A stretch of DNA of 64,000 nucleotides. It comes from Amoebophrya sp. A120. Lineage: Eukaryota; Protista; Dinoflagellata. Shown piece after piece: positions 14,769 to 26,222 of the stretch. The translations under genes were made by a program, and so were the position numbers. Below the pieces are notes generated by a model. The model saw nothing but the letters and a program-made list of their open reading frames with translations, ran no database searches and was not told the DNA's origin. Numbering within the stretch: position 1 is the first letter of the stretch; each line of letters starts with the position of its first letter. Where the stretch lies: positions 1,571,216 through 1,635,215 of the forward strand of contig CAJINV010000011.1 of the NCBI GenBank assembly GCA_905178155.1, in the 5' to 3' direction.

Positions 14769-17700
14769 ATGATGCAAGATTCCCAGGGTTTGTCTGTGAT
14801 GCTCAGCGAAGAAGAGCAGTTGCAGATGGCACTCCGCATGTCCATGGGCGAAGACGTCCAGGTCCCCCAACTCCCGCCCGCGGCAATCGGCCCCCCACTG
14901 ATCTCCACCGGCAGGCAAAACGAGCCCGACCGGGAGCCAAACGTGAGCGACGATGGATTGGAAAACAACGCTGGTGGCGGCCCGGGGACGAGAGGCCCGC
15001 GGAACAGTCCCAGGTTTGGGTTAGGAGGGAATCCTGGGGGGAGCTCCGCGCAGCAGCAGAATATGATGAACACGTTTTTTGAACAACAAAAAATCCTACA
15101 GGCAGCCGGAATAGACCCGAACGATGAAAGTAATCTGATTTTCAAACTAAAGATACTTCAGATACTGACGAAGGACTTGCTTTGTTCAGATGTACAATGT
15201 ACATATGCATGCTTGTGTTAGTGTTCATCCAACATGAGCAGGATTTTGGTATTTTTGATCAGAGAAAGTCGCGCAAAAAAACTTTCTGGATCAGGCTTTG
15301 CATTCTCTACTACATCAAAAACTAAACATTCAGGCATCATCCCCTTCGGCGGCGATGTTAATCTCCTGAACAACCCAGGAACATCAACTTCCCCCGCCGC
15401 TCCGCCGAAATCCCCCGACAGAAAAGAGTCCGTCGACAGCAACCCGGAAATTCGCAAGAGCCCGCCGGCTGGCAAAGAAGTGGACACGAGCATGTCGCGA
15501 CCCTCTGACTTCGACGATTCGAGAACACACAACAACTACCAGCAGAATTCGCTGTTCTCAGCGCTGAGCGGAGGGAATACCGACCCGAGCATGACCTCCG
15601 CCCTGGCAAATGCCGCGCTGCCGGGAAACAGTGCCGGCGATGACACGGCCCCACCAAGACCGCCGATGGGAACCAACAGCTTGCCGTCTAAGGTTGCGAA
15701 CTCCAAGCGCGTTCGGGATGAAATGACCGGCGGGAACCGTATATAAAGATTTTCGTTGACAGAGTAGAAGTACTAGCTAGAGCTACTAGAAGCGTGTCAT
15801 GGCACAGACTGACTAGACATAATTCTTGCGTTTTTTTCCTTTTGCTCGCGCTGATAGTTGCGCGCTTTTGACCGTTCTTACGAGGGAGTAGTTTTGCGTG
15901 AACTCAGTATATGAAAAAGAAATACTTTATTTGTTGATTTACAGCCTCCCCCGACGGTGGCCCGGTGAAGCAGGCGACGATAGCGGACCGGCGAATGTCC
16001 ATCACCGGCCACTCGAAAATCGTCCAGGATCTTTACATAGCGCTTTTTGGTGCTACCGCCGAGCCCGCCGATGTGGACCGGTGGGAACGCGCTGATTTTC
16101 AGTTCGCGAAAAACGTAATATTTACCGATATTTATTATTCCTTGCTAGATACTGATACATCAGTTGCACGTATAGACACAAGAAATTGTACATTAGTGAT
16201 TCATTCTTTCTGTCACACAACAGCCCCGGTTCGCGTTGGTCCAGCAAGAGGGCGGTCCTTGCGGTGTGCTTGCTGCCGTGCAAGGCCATCTGCTCCAGCG
16301 AATTCTCTTCGGTAGTCCTTCACCCGCGACAACGTCGAAAGAGCCAACTTCTATTGTGGGATCATCTTCTTCGACGAATAGAAACCCCGCCGCCGACCAA
16401 CAAGTTATTTACAAGGAGGACTTTCTGAAAGATGCGAAACTAGCTGAGTTTCTCCAGGACGACACCCGGAGGAATCTCTTCTGCGAGGCGCTTGCGGGCA
16501 TTCTTGCGAACGTCAGAACCGAGGAAGCAAAACCCTGCGTGGTTATTTCCGCTACCACCACGACCATAAACGGCGTTGCCACCGGCACCGCCCCGGCGTC
16601 TTCAAGCACCGCGCCTCCTGCAGCTGCCAGCAGTAGTACCAGCAGCCCGCTACGCCTACCGTCCCCAGTAGGGAGCGCGGGCAGTAGTGGCGGTGCTGGT
16701 GCTGCCGAGGTCGTGTCCCCGGGCGGAACGATTGCTCCAGCGGGGAATGGACCTAACAATACGCCGCTGCAAAAGGTGCACTTGAAGTTCAACGAGCCAC
16801 AAACGTGCGCGACGGAGAAAGCCGTAATTGACTTTTTCAAACAGCAGCTGGGAGAAGCCACGGTGGGCGGCACAAGTGCAGTGCAAAACAGAACTGACAC
16901 CAGCACTGCTACTGCAACAGGAGACCACCCAACAAGTAGTACAAGCACCTCTACCAGTGTCACGACAAAACCGGCCGGAATTTTGCTCTCCTTCGTCTTC
17001 TCGCTTCTTCTCACTCGTGGGATAGAGCAAGTGAAATCCGACCAGGACCAGTACGAGGGCGAGCAGCCCCTCGTTGGGCAGTTTGGCCGCTGCAGTCAGA
17101 CGCTGATGAACCTTCTCCTCACCGGCAAGGCGACGAGCAATCCTCACGACGGGGTGCAGGATGTCGGTGGCCTGCAGTTGCGAGGCGTCGAGCTTCCGGA
17201 TTTGGTGCTAGAGAAGATAAGAAAAGACTTCAACCCGCAAAACCCGCAGCGGAACCTGGATGAGCGAGCAGGTTGTACAACCAACCAAGGCGGGATGCAA
17301 TACGAAAATAAACTTCCCATGGGCTACCTCTCGCAGTACGAGTACCAGGGCCACTCCCCCGTATGAAAGTGCACAACTCTCACTCCTCCTCATTTGTATT
17401 GCGTGAACAGCAATAAGTACAGGCGTCATCAAGTTCAAGGATGCAGGTTTTGCATGACAAATTTGGACAGGCGTGTAGTGCTATTTGGGCTGCCAGACCT
17501 TGTTATGCAAACAGTGCCAAGAGCCCAGGCGTAAACACTAGGCATTTTGCATGACAAATGCGGGGGAGGGGGAGTTGTGCACCCTCATACCCCGTGGGAA
17601 ACTTCTACAAGCACCCGAAGTACCCGATTTGGATTCTCGGGTCCGAAACGCACTACACGCTGCTCTGGTCCGCGGACTATGAGGTTTTGATCGCGAATAG

Positions 17701-18829
17701 TTTCGAGGAAAAGAAGCAGCTGGTCACAAACACCTTTAATGCTGTCGCCGGTGAGGACATGGCAAACGCGGGGATGCTACCCAAGGAGAAACTGGACGAC
17801 TTGCTTCCGGCTTTCTGGGAAACCGATCGGATTTTCCAGACGCAAGACCAATATCGACTCGTGCACGCCATGCTCTCGGAGGCGGACACGGTGATACTTT
17901 TTCAAGACTGCTGGGATCAGGTACAACTTCTACTTACGACTCTGACGATGTCGTATGTTTCTTGAACTCCGAGACGGTCAACGCGAAAAATTTACTCGCC
18001 TTTTTTCTGATTAGCGCTGATCTTCGCGAAAATGGTGATCGTGCCACTATAGCAATGATCTGTGTTATTTCTACGGTGTGATCATGAGTCTGTCCATTAC
18101 AACACTCTGGTGTAAAGCTCCTTTTTCTACTTCTTGGATAGTTATGGTGAAATGATACATGTTCTTCATCACAATCGAAACACAGCTTCGCAACTGCGGC
18201 GTCTTCGAGAAGGAAGAAAAACTTCTCGGCAAATCCTTCACCCTCTTCCACTATGACGGGCTTGTGCAGGGCGGGCAGGCGATATGAGAGTGGACAAGAA
18301 CTCCCCCTCCCCCTCATTTGTGTAGTTGCATGAACAGCAACACAAGCGCTGACCGCAAAGATGCAGCTTTTGCATGACAAATTCCACCTAGAGGATTGTA
18401 GTGCTGTTTTGGATTTCGGAATCTGTCACTCTAACAGTGCTAACAGGCAAAGCGCGGATTTGGGATTTTGCATGACAAATGAGGGGGAGCAGGGAGAGTT
18501 GTGCACTTTCATAGGCGAAGTTCCAAAAAGTTTCCGCAACCGTGTCCGATCTGCCACCGGAGTTGGTGTCCCAGGACACCTATGCTTTGCAAAAGTGTAG
18601 TCGCACTAGTAGTAATCGCAATCATGCATGACAAATCTGGTTTCTTGTCTGAATCCGCATGACAAGTTCCAACGATCTTCGTGAGAAAATTTGTCATGCA
18701 ATTCATACTACACGACTCGCTTTTGCAATGCATAACACCATCGGCAACGCGTTGGTTTCCACCTTACGGACCAGATGGGGCGGCACCATGCTATTTGACG
18801 CCGAGGTCTTGCCACTGGAGCTGTTTTAA
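14769..18829 (+). CDS. MINDY-3/4 (FAM188)-family deubiquitinase with N-terminal UIM
   Basis: UIM-like SEEEQLQMALRMSM; catalytic-Cys motif QQEGGPCGVLAAVQ; His motif PKYPIWILGSETHYTLLW; FTLFHYDGL and LRTRW near C-terminus. About 4 GT-AG introns plus 3 IEs. Confidence 0.88.
17362..17589. mobile_element. Introner, family D
   Basis: TIR tatga..gtgcacaactc; DR ccccg. Confidence 0.9.
18283..18513. mobile_element. Introner, family D
   Basis: TIR tatga.agtg.acaa; DR ggcga. Confidence 0.9.
18581..18734. mobile_element. Introner, family A-like
   Basis: TIR tatgc.ttgcaaaag; DR acacc. Confidence 0.9.
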
Positions 18830-19140
18830 TACCGGTAGTAGAAGGTGCTCGGGACATTGTTTATGTTTAATCTTCTACAACCCGGAGCTGCATCAAAGGA
18901 GAGGACGTGGAGATGAAATAGAACGAAATCTAGTGAAGACTTTCCCGCCTACCTCTGTTGAACTCCGTGTTAGTTCTTCTCAAGAACATGGTCTTCATTT
19001 CATGTGGCTACAAACGACACCACTTGTTCTTTTGATCGATCAGCAGGGGGACCACGACCTCATGAAGTGCTAACATAAAGATTTGATATGATAAAAATGG
19101 CAGCGCCGGCGGCCTACCGTCAAACAAGAAAGCAACGCAT

Positions 19141-19718
19141 CCGCAGGTTGTAGTTCGTGATTTCGATATCATCTAGGAAGTGTGCGTAATGTAAAGAACA
19201 AAAAGAGACTGAGACAGTTCTGGTACGTAGTACTAGTATGCGAAACACAAAATAAACAGAGCCAATGACTATATCGGTCACGTCGACTGTAGGGTATGAT
19301 TGAACACCAGTCGGTCCCACTTTTATTTCTTGGCTCCAACCATTACCATATCCATCACCTCGGTACTTGCAAGTACAACGCACTACTTTCGGTTTTTCTC
19401 CAGCTCTCGTGTCCGGCTTTCATGATCTTCAGGTCTTTGGACCAGCTTGCTTCGGTTGTCGTGGCGTCGCCGATTTTTCAGCTCTCGTACTGTGCTATCT
19501 ATCCCCGTCGGTGGACTGTCTTCGCTATTTGCTTTTACTTCTTGATGAAAACATAAACGAAAACCGCGCTGCTCGACAGCACTTCTACTAGAAGTACAGA
19601 ATTTCATTTTCATCTTTCGAATGCAGGACTCCAGCAACTCAAGGTATTTTTGTGTTGAGTTATTTTTTTTTCTGTTCTCAACTTGAATTTGTTACAATTT
19701 CAATTGCGATGTCTATTT
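19141..19718. repeat. ~570-bp dispersed direct repeat, copy 1
   Basis: Shares blocks such as tgtagttcgtgatttcgat, tccaaccattaccatatccatcacctcggtac and ctatccccgtcggtggac with copy 2. Confidence 0.85.
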
Positions 19719-19812
19719 GGTATCCTCACTGATCTACTGCGCAGAACCTACTTTGATGTTGTTTTCCGGGCCTGATTCTTACAGCTGCATCGGCAGAAGG
19801 CGGGCAACTACC

Positions 19813-22290
19813 ATGAGTAGGCACAAGGAGGAACTACACGTACGGATTCATATGTTATTGCTCCTCTTCCTTTTCCCGCCAGTCGTCTTTGTACTTTTCC
19901 TTGTACTAATATCCAGCTGCACGGGCGGTTTCTTTTCTCTGCAAGGCGCACGGGCCGTTTCGCTGCGCAGGGAAGCCACATCAAGAACGCACCAAAAAAG
20001 AACGAGCCAGGCGGCAAACCTCCCCGCAGACCGTGCCGAGAGTGGCGGGGAGGGCGAGGGGAGCGGGTGGCAGCCGCAGGCCGATGAAGGTCCTCCTTCC
20101 CGTATGACAATGAATAGTGCCCCGGGACGACCCCCAGAAATAAGTATTTCGGATGCGCAGTTTCCGATTGGAAAGGTTTTGTCTTGCATTCAGGAGCTAC
20201 TGGTACTGAGGAGTCTACCTGATCCAGATTCCAGTACATGAGAAGCGCAGCTGTTGCTGTGCCATTTTGCAACGCATCAAATTTTTGCTAATTCTGCACT
20301 GAAGACTTGCGACGCTGATGCATGCAAGAGGAGGACTGTTCTTATTTCGATTGGGAAAAAATATCTTTGCGCAGTCTGTTTGCATTGGACGAACGTTCTG
20401 AATGGGAAACGCTTCGAAGGAGCTTGGGGTAAGTACTAGGGGCGCTTTTCGATATGATAATACAGGGCGATTACAACTCTACCAGCACGGCGAGCGACAG
20501 CACACGTGTCCGCGTAGAACCTCCTTCGTTGTTTTCGGAGGAGCTAGAACGCATGATATCGTAAGGAAACATCCCCCCTCCCCATACTGAAAAGGTATAC
20601 TCCTAAAAAAAATTGTAATGCTGATTTGTGACCACAAATCCTGTCTCTCTTGCAAGAGAGCAAACCAACGCAAAGAATCCGCCGACTTATGCAGGCGATT
20701 TGTAATGTTGTTGCGGCTACATGACAGGCCTCTGCTATGCTATAGCACCTACACCAAAGCAGTGCCTTGAAAGCACCACGCCAAAGCCTAAGCCTGTGCA
20801 GGGGTGCTTTGAAAGCACCCCTGCACAGGCTTAGGCTTTGCCTGCAGTGCCTCACTGCAAGGCGGAGCTGATTTGTGTACTCAGATCCAGCAACAGAAAT
20901 CTCCGTTTCAATATGGGGAGGGGGGATTTTTCACTTTGATACATGACGGAAATTGACTTTCGAGTACGCGCAGGAGAGGAACCGCCTCCAGGAACTGCGG
21001 CTCGTTTCTCTCCGTTGGTGTCCTCCAAGCTGGATCGAAGAAAAGTCGACTTCGTTGGCCATTTACGGATTTATGTAAAAAAACGCTTCGGACCGGCCAG
21101 CCTGCCACTGCTCGCACTACCCCTTGGCAGAAGCGTCTTGCATTGGGCCATCGAGGTCCAAAGAGGATTACCAGTTGACCCAGCGCAGCACAAGCCTGTA
21201 CCACGCATTTCGGCGTCGCACGGTCACACTGGTACTGATTTCCAACGAACGACCAGTGACAGTCGTCTTCTTATCCTGTGTAAAGGCGCCGCGCCCATAC
21301 TTGTTATGAAAATCTTAGATGTAGTTCTTGATCTTGTACAACCCCCGGCAGCCTCTTTTGTCTAGCAAATCTGATTAAATCAAAATCTTCCATCTTGAAT
21401 ATGAATATGCCGTGAGTGGTACTACGTTTTTACACAGGATAGCTCTTTGGTACGCGGACTCCGAGGGTCAATTTGCTTGGCAGTTTACTTTTTTTCGGCC
21501 GAGAGTCTCTGTTCGGATGGGTCTCTATAATCATGCGACCGTCGAGGATCATCTTCGGACGCGGGGGCAGATGAGCTCTCTTCCTCTACTTCACAAACAC
21601 AGAGAGCGGGGGTCCTCCAATGATACTTCTACCGGTGCTGGCGCCCCGCGGCCACAGCCCCGCCGAGCCACAAGCACGACGAGCGCAGGCCTGAAGATAT
21701 CCAGTATCAAAATGAAAAATCCCCCCTCCCCATATCAAAATGGAAGTTCCTGATGCTGATTTGCATACACAAATCCGACTTGTCTTGCAGTAAGGCATTG
21801 CGGCCACATCCGCAGCCTAGCTGGGAGCGCTCAGGTGTAGTTGTGTAGCATTGCAAACGGCCGCTACCCTCTAGGACCAACAGCATGCCAAATCGCTTCC
21901 ACAATTGGGCGGATGCCTCTGCGCTTGTCTTCTTGCAAGACAGACCTGATTTGTGGCCACATATCAGCAACACAAATTTTCGGAAACATACCTTTTCAAT
22001 ATGGGGAAGGGGGATTTTTCCTGTCAATATCCAGCTTCTTTGAGCGCTCTGTTCAGTCGATCGTTCAGAACTATGCGCTCGAGGAGGTGCGCAGCCACCG
22101 CGAGGCGGCTTGCCATGCGATCTGGAGGGTAGAAAATGATGTTGAGAAAAGTATCAACAGCACTCTTCCGGAGCCAAGCCCTCGTCCTGCTCCTGGCATC
22201 GAGGTGCATATGTTGGGCTATGAACATGTTGCTGCTCTTGACGCTGCATCTTCTACTTCACCGGAGAACAGGTTGGGAGTAAGGTTGTGA
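19813..22290 (+). CDS. Hypothetical protein with N-terminal hydrophobic (signal/anchor) segment
   Basis: LLLLFLFPPVVFVLFLVLIS. Frame is maintained across IEs 20103, 20557 and 21705; one conventional intron probably ends near 21437. Confidence 0.5.
20103..20459. mobile_element. Degenerate introner
   Basis: TAT..ATA with decayed TIR; DR lost, but removing element plus 5 nt keeps the frame. Confidence 0.55.
20557..20941. mobile_element. Introner, family E, with internal perfect palindrome
   Basis: TIR atccccc(c)tccccata.tgaaa; DR catga. Confidence 0.9.
20782..20840. repeat. Perfect palindrome, 29-bp arms, 1-nt G spacer
   Basis: caaagcctaagcctgtgcaggggtgcttt-g-reverse complement. Confidence 0.95.
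21705..22029. mobile_element. Introner, family E
   Basis: TIR gaaaaatccccc.tccccatat; DR tccag. Confidence 0.9.
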
Positions 22291-22693
22291 GCGACGCCTT
22301 ATGAAAATGAAAGTATAATTCGGCCCCGTTGTCCCCATGTTTGTCAAAACGAAGCGAAAGCGTGTTGTAAGTACTTCTTAACGCTGAGTGGTGATTTGGA
22401 TGCACATGAAGCGTTCAAGCAACAGCCCTACTTCTCTCTGACCTGATAGGGAGCATCAAATTGCTGCGGTGTAGGTTGTGTTTTGCATCATGGCGCGGTT
22501 TTTTTCTGAATATACCGCTTCTGATTTTTCAGCATCGGGAAGAAGGCCGCTTCATTTTCTCATGATACCACGCAGCGATCGCACAGCCGAATTACGAAAC
22601 CGGTGGTTTCGTCCGGACCGCTTCGGTCGACGGTCCGCCAGACTTCGTGTTGCCACAGACCCCGGAAGAGTGGGAGCAGCTACAAGCGCTCAT

Positions 22694-22825
22694 GGGCTAC
22701 GAGTTCCCGGACTTTCCGCCTACTGAGTAGGCGGAAAGTCCGGGAACTCGTAGCCCGCGGCGCTCGCAGGGTTGCTCCGCTGTGGAGTAGTACTCCACAG
22801 CGGAGCAACCCTGCGAGCGCCGCGG
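22694..22825. repeat. Two abutting perfect palindromes (31- and 35-bp arms), each with a 1-nt G spacer
   Basis: 22694-22756 centred on 22725; 22755-22825 centred on 22790. Confidence 0.95.
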
Positions 22826-23484
22826 CCGATAGTCCTGATCTGTGAATGAGACTTTCTTTTTCAATTTCAATACAAATCACATCAAAGAACATAAAAAGAC
22901 AAAGACAGCTGAACATCATAAAGACCACTTCAGATGATGTTGATCCGCATGAGACGAGGTGAGTCAGCAGGCTTCTTGTCCTCCTTATTTCATGGCGGCT
23001 CCGTATTCGTGGCTCGCAAGTTGTACTTTTCCGACCCCCTCGCCTTTCGGCTCGAGACTGCTTGTTCCTTCAGGCGGGTGTTCACATGCTACAGCTGTTC
23101 ACATGGTGAGCAGGCGGTGAGTTACGGCACCGAGAAGTTGCCTGCTTCCTCGCTGCGCAAGAGAGCCGATAAGTGCAGCGAAGAAACGGCACGACAGGTG
23201 CTAAGTATGTTGCTCTTCCTTTTTATTTCGGTTGATGTGTCTGTGCCTGTTCCTAGTGGCCCACTGACCCGCTTCACACACTTCTACACCACCTAGAAAA
23301 CTAAGCCGAGAGGTCGTTGGATACCATCTCCACAGAGATCTGCGGAAGAGTGAGTAGTTCCCTGCGATCGCAACAAGGTTCGTTGGAGACCACCCTGGTT
23401 GCGCCCGATTAATTTAAAGGTTGTGCGGCCCACAGAAGATGAAAAAAAACTTTCTGATGAAAGCATGCAGCGCAAGAACTACAT

Positions 23485-24040
23485 CTGCAGACTGTAGTTC
23501 GTGATTTCGATTGATCTAGGAACAAGATTTGCGACGTATATGTAAAGAAAGAGAATAAACAATATTGCGCTATTAAAAGAGAAACAATGCGGCCAAGGAC
23601 ATCGGTTACCGTAGGTTATCATGAACATCAGTCGGTCATATTTTTGTTTCGTGGGTCCAACCATTACCATATCCATCACCTCGGTACAAGTACAGCAAAG
23701 TCGTGTGTTGACTACTTTCGGTTTTTGTCCACCCCCCGTTTCCGGTTTTCATCTTGAGGTCTTCGGGCCAGCTTGCTTCGGTTGTGGCGGCGTCGATTCA
23801 GCCGACGCTTCGCGCTTGTAAGTATCCTATCTATCCCCGTCGGTGGACACTGTCCTCGATATTCGCTACTCGATGAAAACAGAATAAACCACGCTCGACA
23901 GCACTTCTACCAGTACAGAAGTTTATTTTCATCTTTCGAATTATCATTATAATGCAGGACTCCAACAACTCAAGATATTTTTGTGTTGACTTCATTTTGT
24001 TTTCTGTTTTCAACTTGTTACTACAATTGCGATCGATTTA
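23485..24040. repeat. ~570-bp dispersed direct repeat, copy 2
   Basis: Collinear with 19141-19718, with substitutions and small indels. Confidence 0.85.
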
Positions 24041-24189
24041 TTTTTTATTGTTGATTTTGATGTTCATCCTCGAGCCGACTTTATGTGCCTTTAGTGTTAC
24101 AGCGACCGTCGAGGCCACAACCAGTAATAATTTGAGACAAGTTCTTCATCAATTTCAAACCCGATAGGATCATTGATTTACCTGCCCGC

Positions 24190-25272
24190 ATGATCGGCAA
24201 AGCGTCGGCTATGGTGCGAAGCTTTCTGGAGATTCACTCCGGTGGTGATGTCCAACAGAATGCTCAAGAAATGATCCCAGCAAACCAGCACGCAGCTGGA
24301 CCCGCAGTAGAACAATTGTCTTCACTAGTACAACAACCAGAACAAGCTGCAGCAGCAACCTTCGCGACTCATGGTGGAGAGAACCTCGCCAGTGCTGGTG
24401 CTGGTGAAGTAGCCCAAGCCGTGGACGACGCGACCTACACCTCCTCATCCTCCGCACTTCTCCAGGTCCTTCAGAGCGTCACCAGGAAGGACACCCAGTG
24501 CGACGCCTGCGTCGTGATCGCCATCGTCCTCGGCGTCATCGGCGTGATCGCTGTTTCCATTGTCGTCTACTGTCTCTGCCGGGACTGTCGCGAGGGCCGC
24601 GGGTGGTGGCAGCAGTCGGTGGTGTATCGCGACGGCGATGAAGATGATGGAAGCTTCCAGGTGGAGGATGAGTACGAGTCTGATGCGGCCCCTACCGGCG
24701 CCCCGAATGCATCCAAGTCTCCGGCGGGCTTCGCGCAGCAGTCGTTCCGGGCGCCGGTGCAAGGAGAATACGAGTACGTCGAATCGACCGCCCCGCACTT
24801 CGGTCTGACGCCACCTCCTGCCGATCCGGCGATCGGCACGGCCGTTCTTTCGCAGCAGCAGCAACTTGGTTCCGCGCTGGCGCCCAGTTACTACGGGTCC
24901 ACGGGGGGATCCACGGTTGCGGCGTCCAACACACACCCCGCCGGCTCTGACTTGTCCACCGGCGCCAGCTCAGCGAAAACGAAGTCCACGGGAATCGCCA
25001 GCGATCCATCCATACGCGTTGCAAAAGTTGTATATGTTGGCCGTAGTAGAAGTGACTGCATTTATACGTATTTCAATTTGATGCTCAACAAGTACAAGAG
25101 TGTTGCAATTTCTTGCTGAAAAAACGAGTGGACATTTGTGGTAGCTGCAGTTACAACTACGAGCACGATAAGCTTTTGCAATGGATAATCCAGGGTGGGG
25201 GAAGGATCACGGGGGGGCAGCTCGAGTGCGGGTTCAAAGCCGGGCTCGGCAAGAAGAAACGCACTTCGCTAA
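24190..25272 (+). CDS. Single-pass membrane protein
   Basis: TM segment ACVVIAIVLGVIGVIAVSIVVYCLC. Removing IE 25013-25187 gives ..DPSRVGEG..NALR* ending at 25272. Confidence 0.6.
25013..25187. mobile_element. Introner, family A-like
   Basis: TIR ttgcaaaag; DR atcca. Confidence 0.75.
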
Positions 25273-26222
25273 CAAGTGGAGTATACGACAACACTTGCAG
25301 CGCGCCGACGTCTCCTGTGGCGGAGGGGGTGCGGCTTTAGTACGAATTTATTGCACAACTTAAAGAGGACGACGGACGTCCACCTTTGACGTTTATTTGA
25401 CATCTCCTTGTTCACAGTTAGTTTTCATACATGATACACACTACATCCGCTTATTCTTTTACGTTAACTACATGTTGCAACGATAGCACAATCATTTTAT
25501 ACTCCTGGTTTTCAATTTCATGGTACACTATCGATTTCTTGATGATTAAAAACAACATATTGATATTGCTGAGTCATCTCCAACAAGTATGGCAAGTTAC
25601 TTTCCAGCCGAAAATTTTTTCACACAGACACGGGGAAGCGACGACCCGTTTCTTTGCGAGGCGCTGCGAAGTAATTACTTTATCAATCCCTGCAGATTGA
25701 TCGAGGCCGGCGCTTCCGAGAAACTTTTAAGAAGGGATAGTACGCTACTAACTTCCTCGGAGCTGCAATTTTTGCTGTGAAAAAACATGAAAATAAACTG
25801 CGACCTTTTTGGGGAGAAAAGCAGTCGAGCGGGCAAATTTCTGGTTTGTTTCGAAGGACTCGTGTCGACTTGTTGTAGTCTGTCTATAATATTTGCGTTT
25901 GCGGGTGGGACGGGAGGCGGAACACGGGCAGATGAATTGACCAAAGTTGTACGAACACCCAGCAGACCCAGACGGTCTTCTTACTTGAAAAAGAGAGACG
26001 AGTGATGTGTTGATCTTCGTCCTGTAAGAACGTGAGTTGAGCTACAACCTGTCGTCCCGATGGCAAGCAATATTTTAAAAGAGAGCGAGTGCGCGTGGAC
26101 ATCCTTCCGTTGCCATTTCTAGCACACGACGTCGTGCTATAGAGCTTTACTTAGAACTATGATTATTTTCATTCAGTTTGCTGCTCGAGCTCTTCCTTCT
26201 CCTTGTCCTCCCAAAAAATAAA

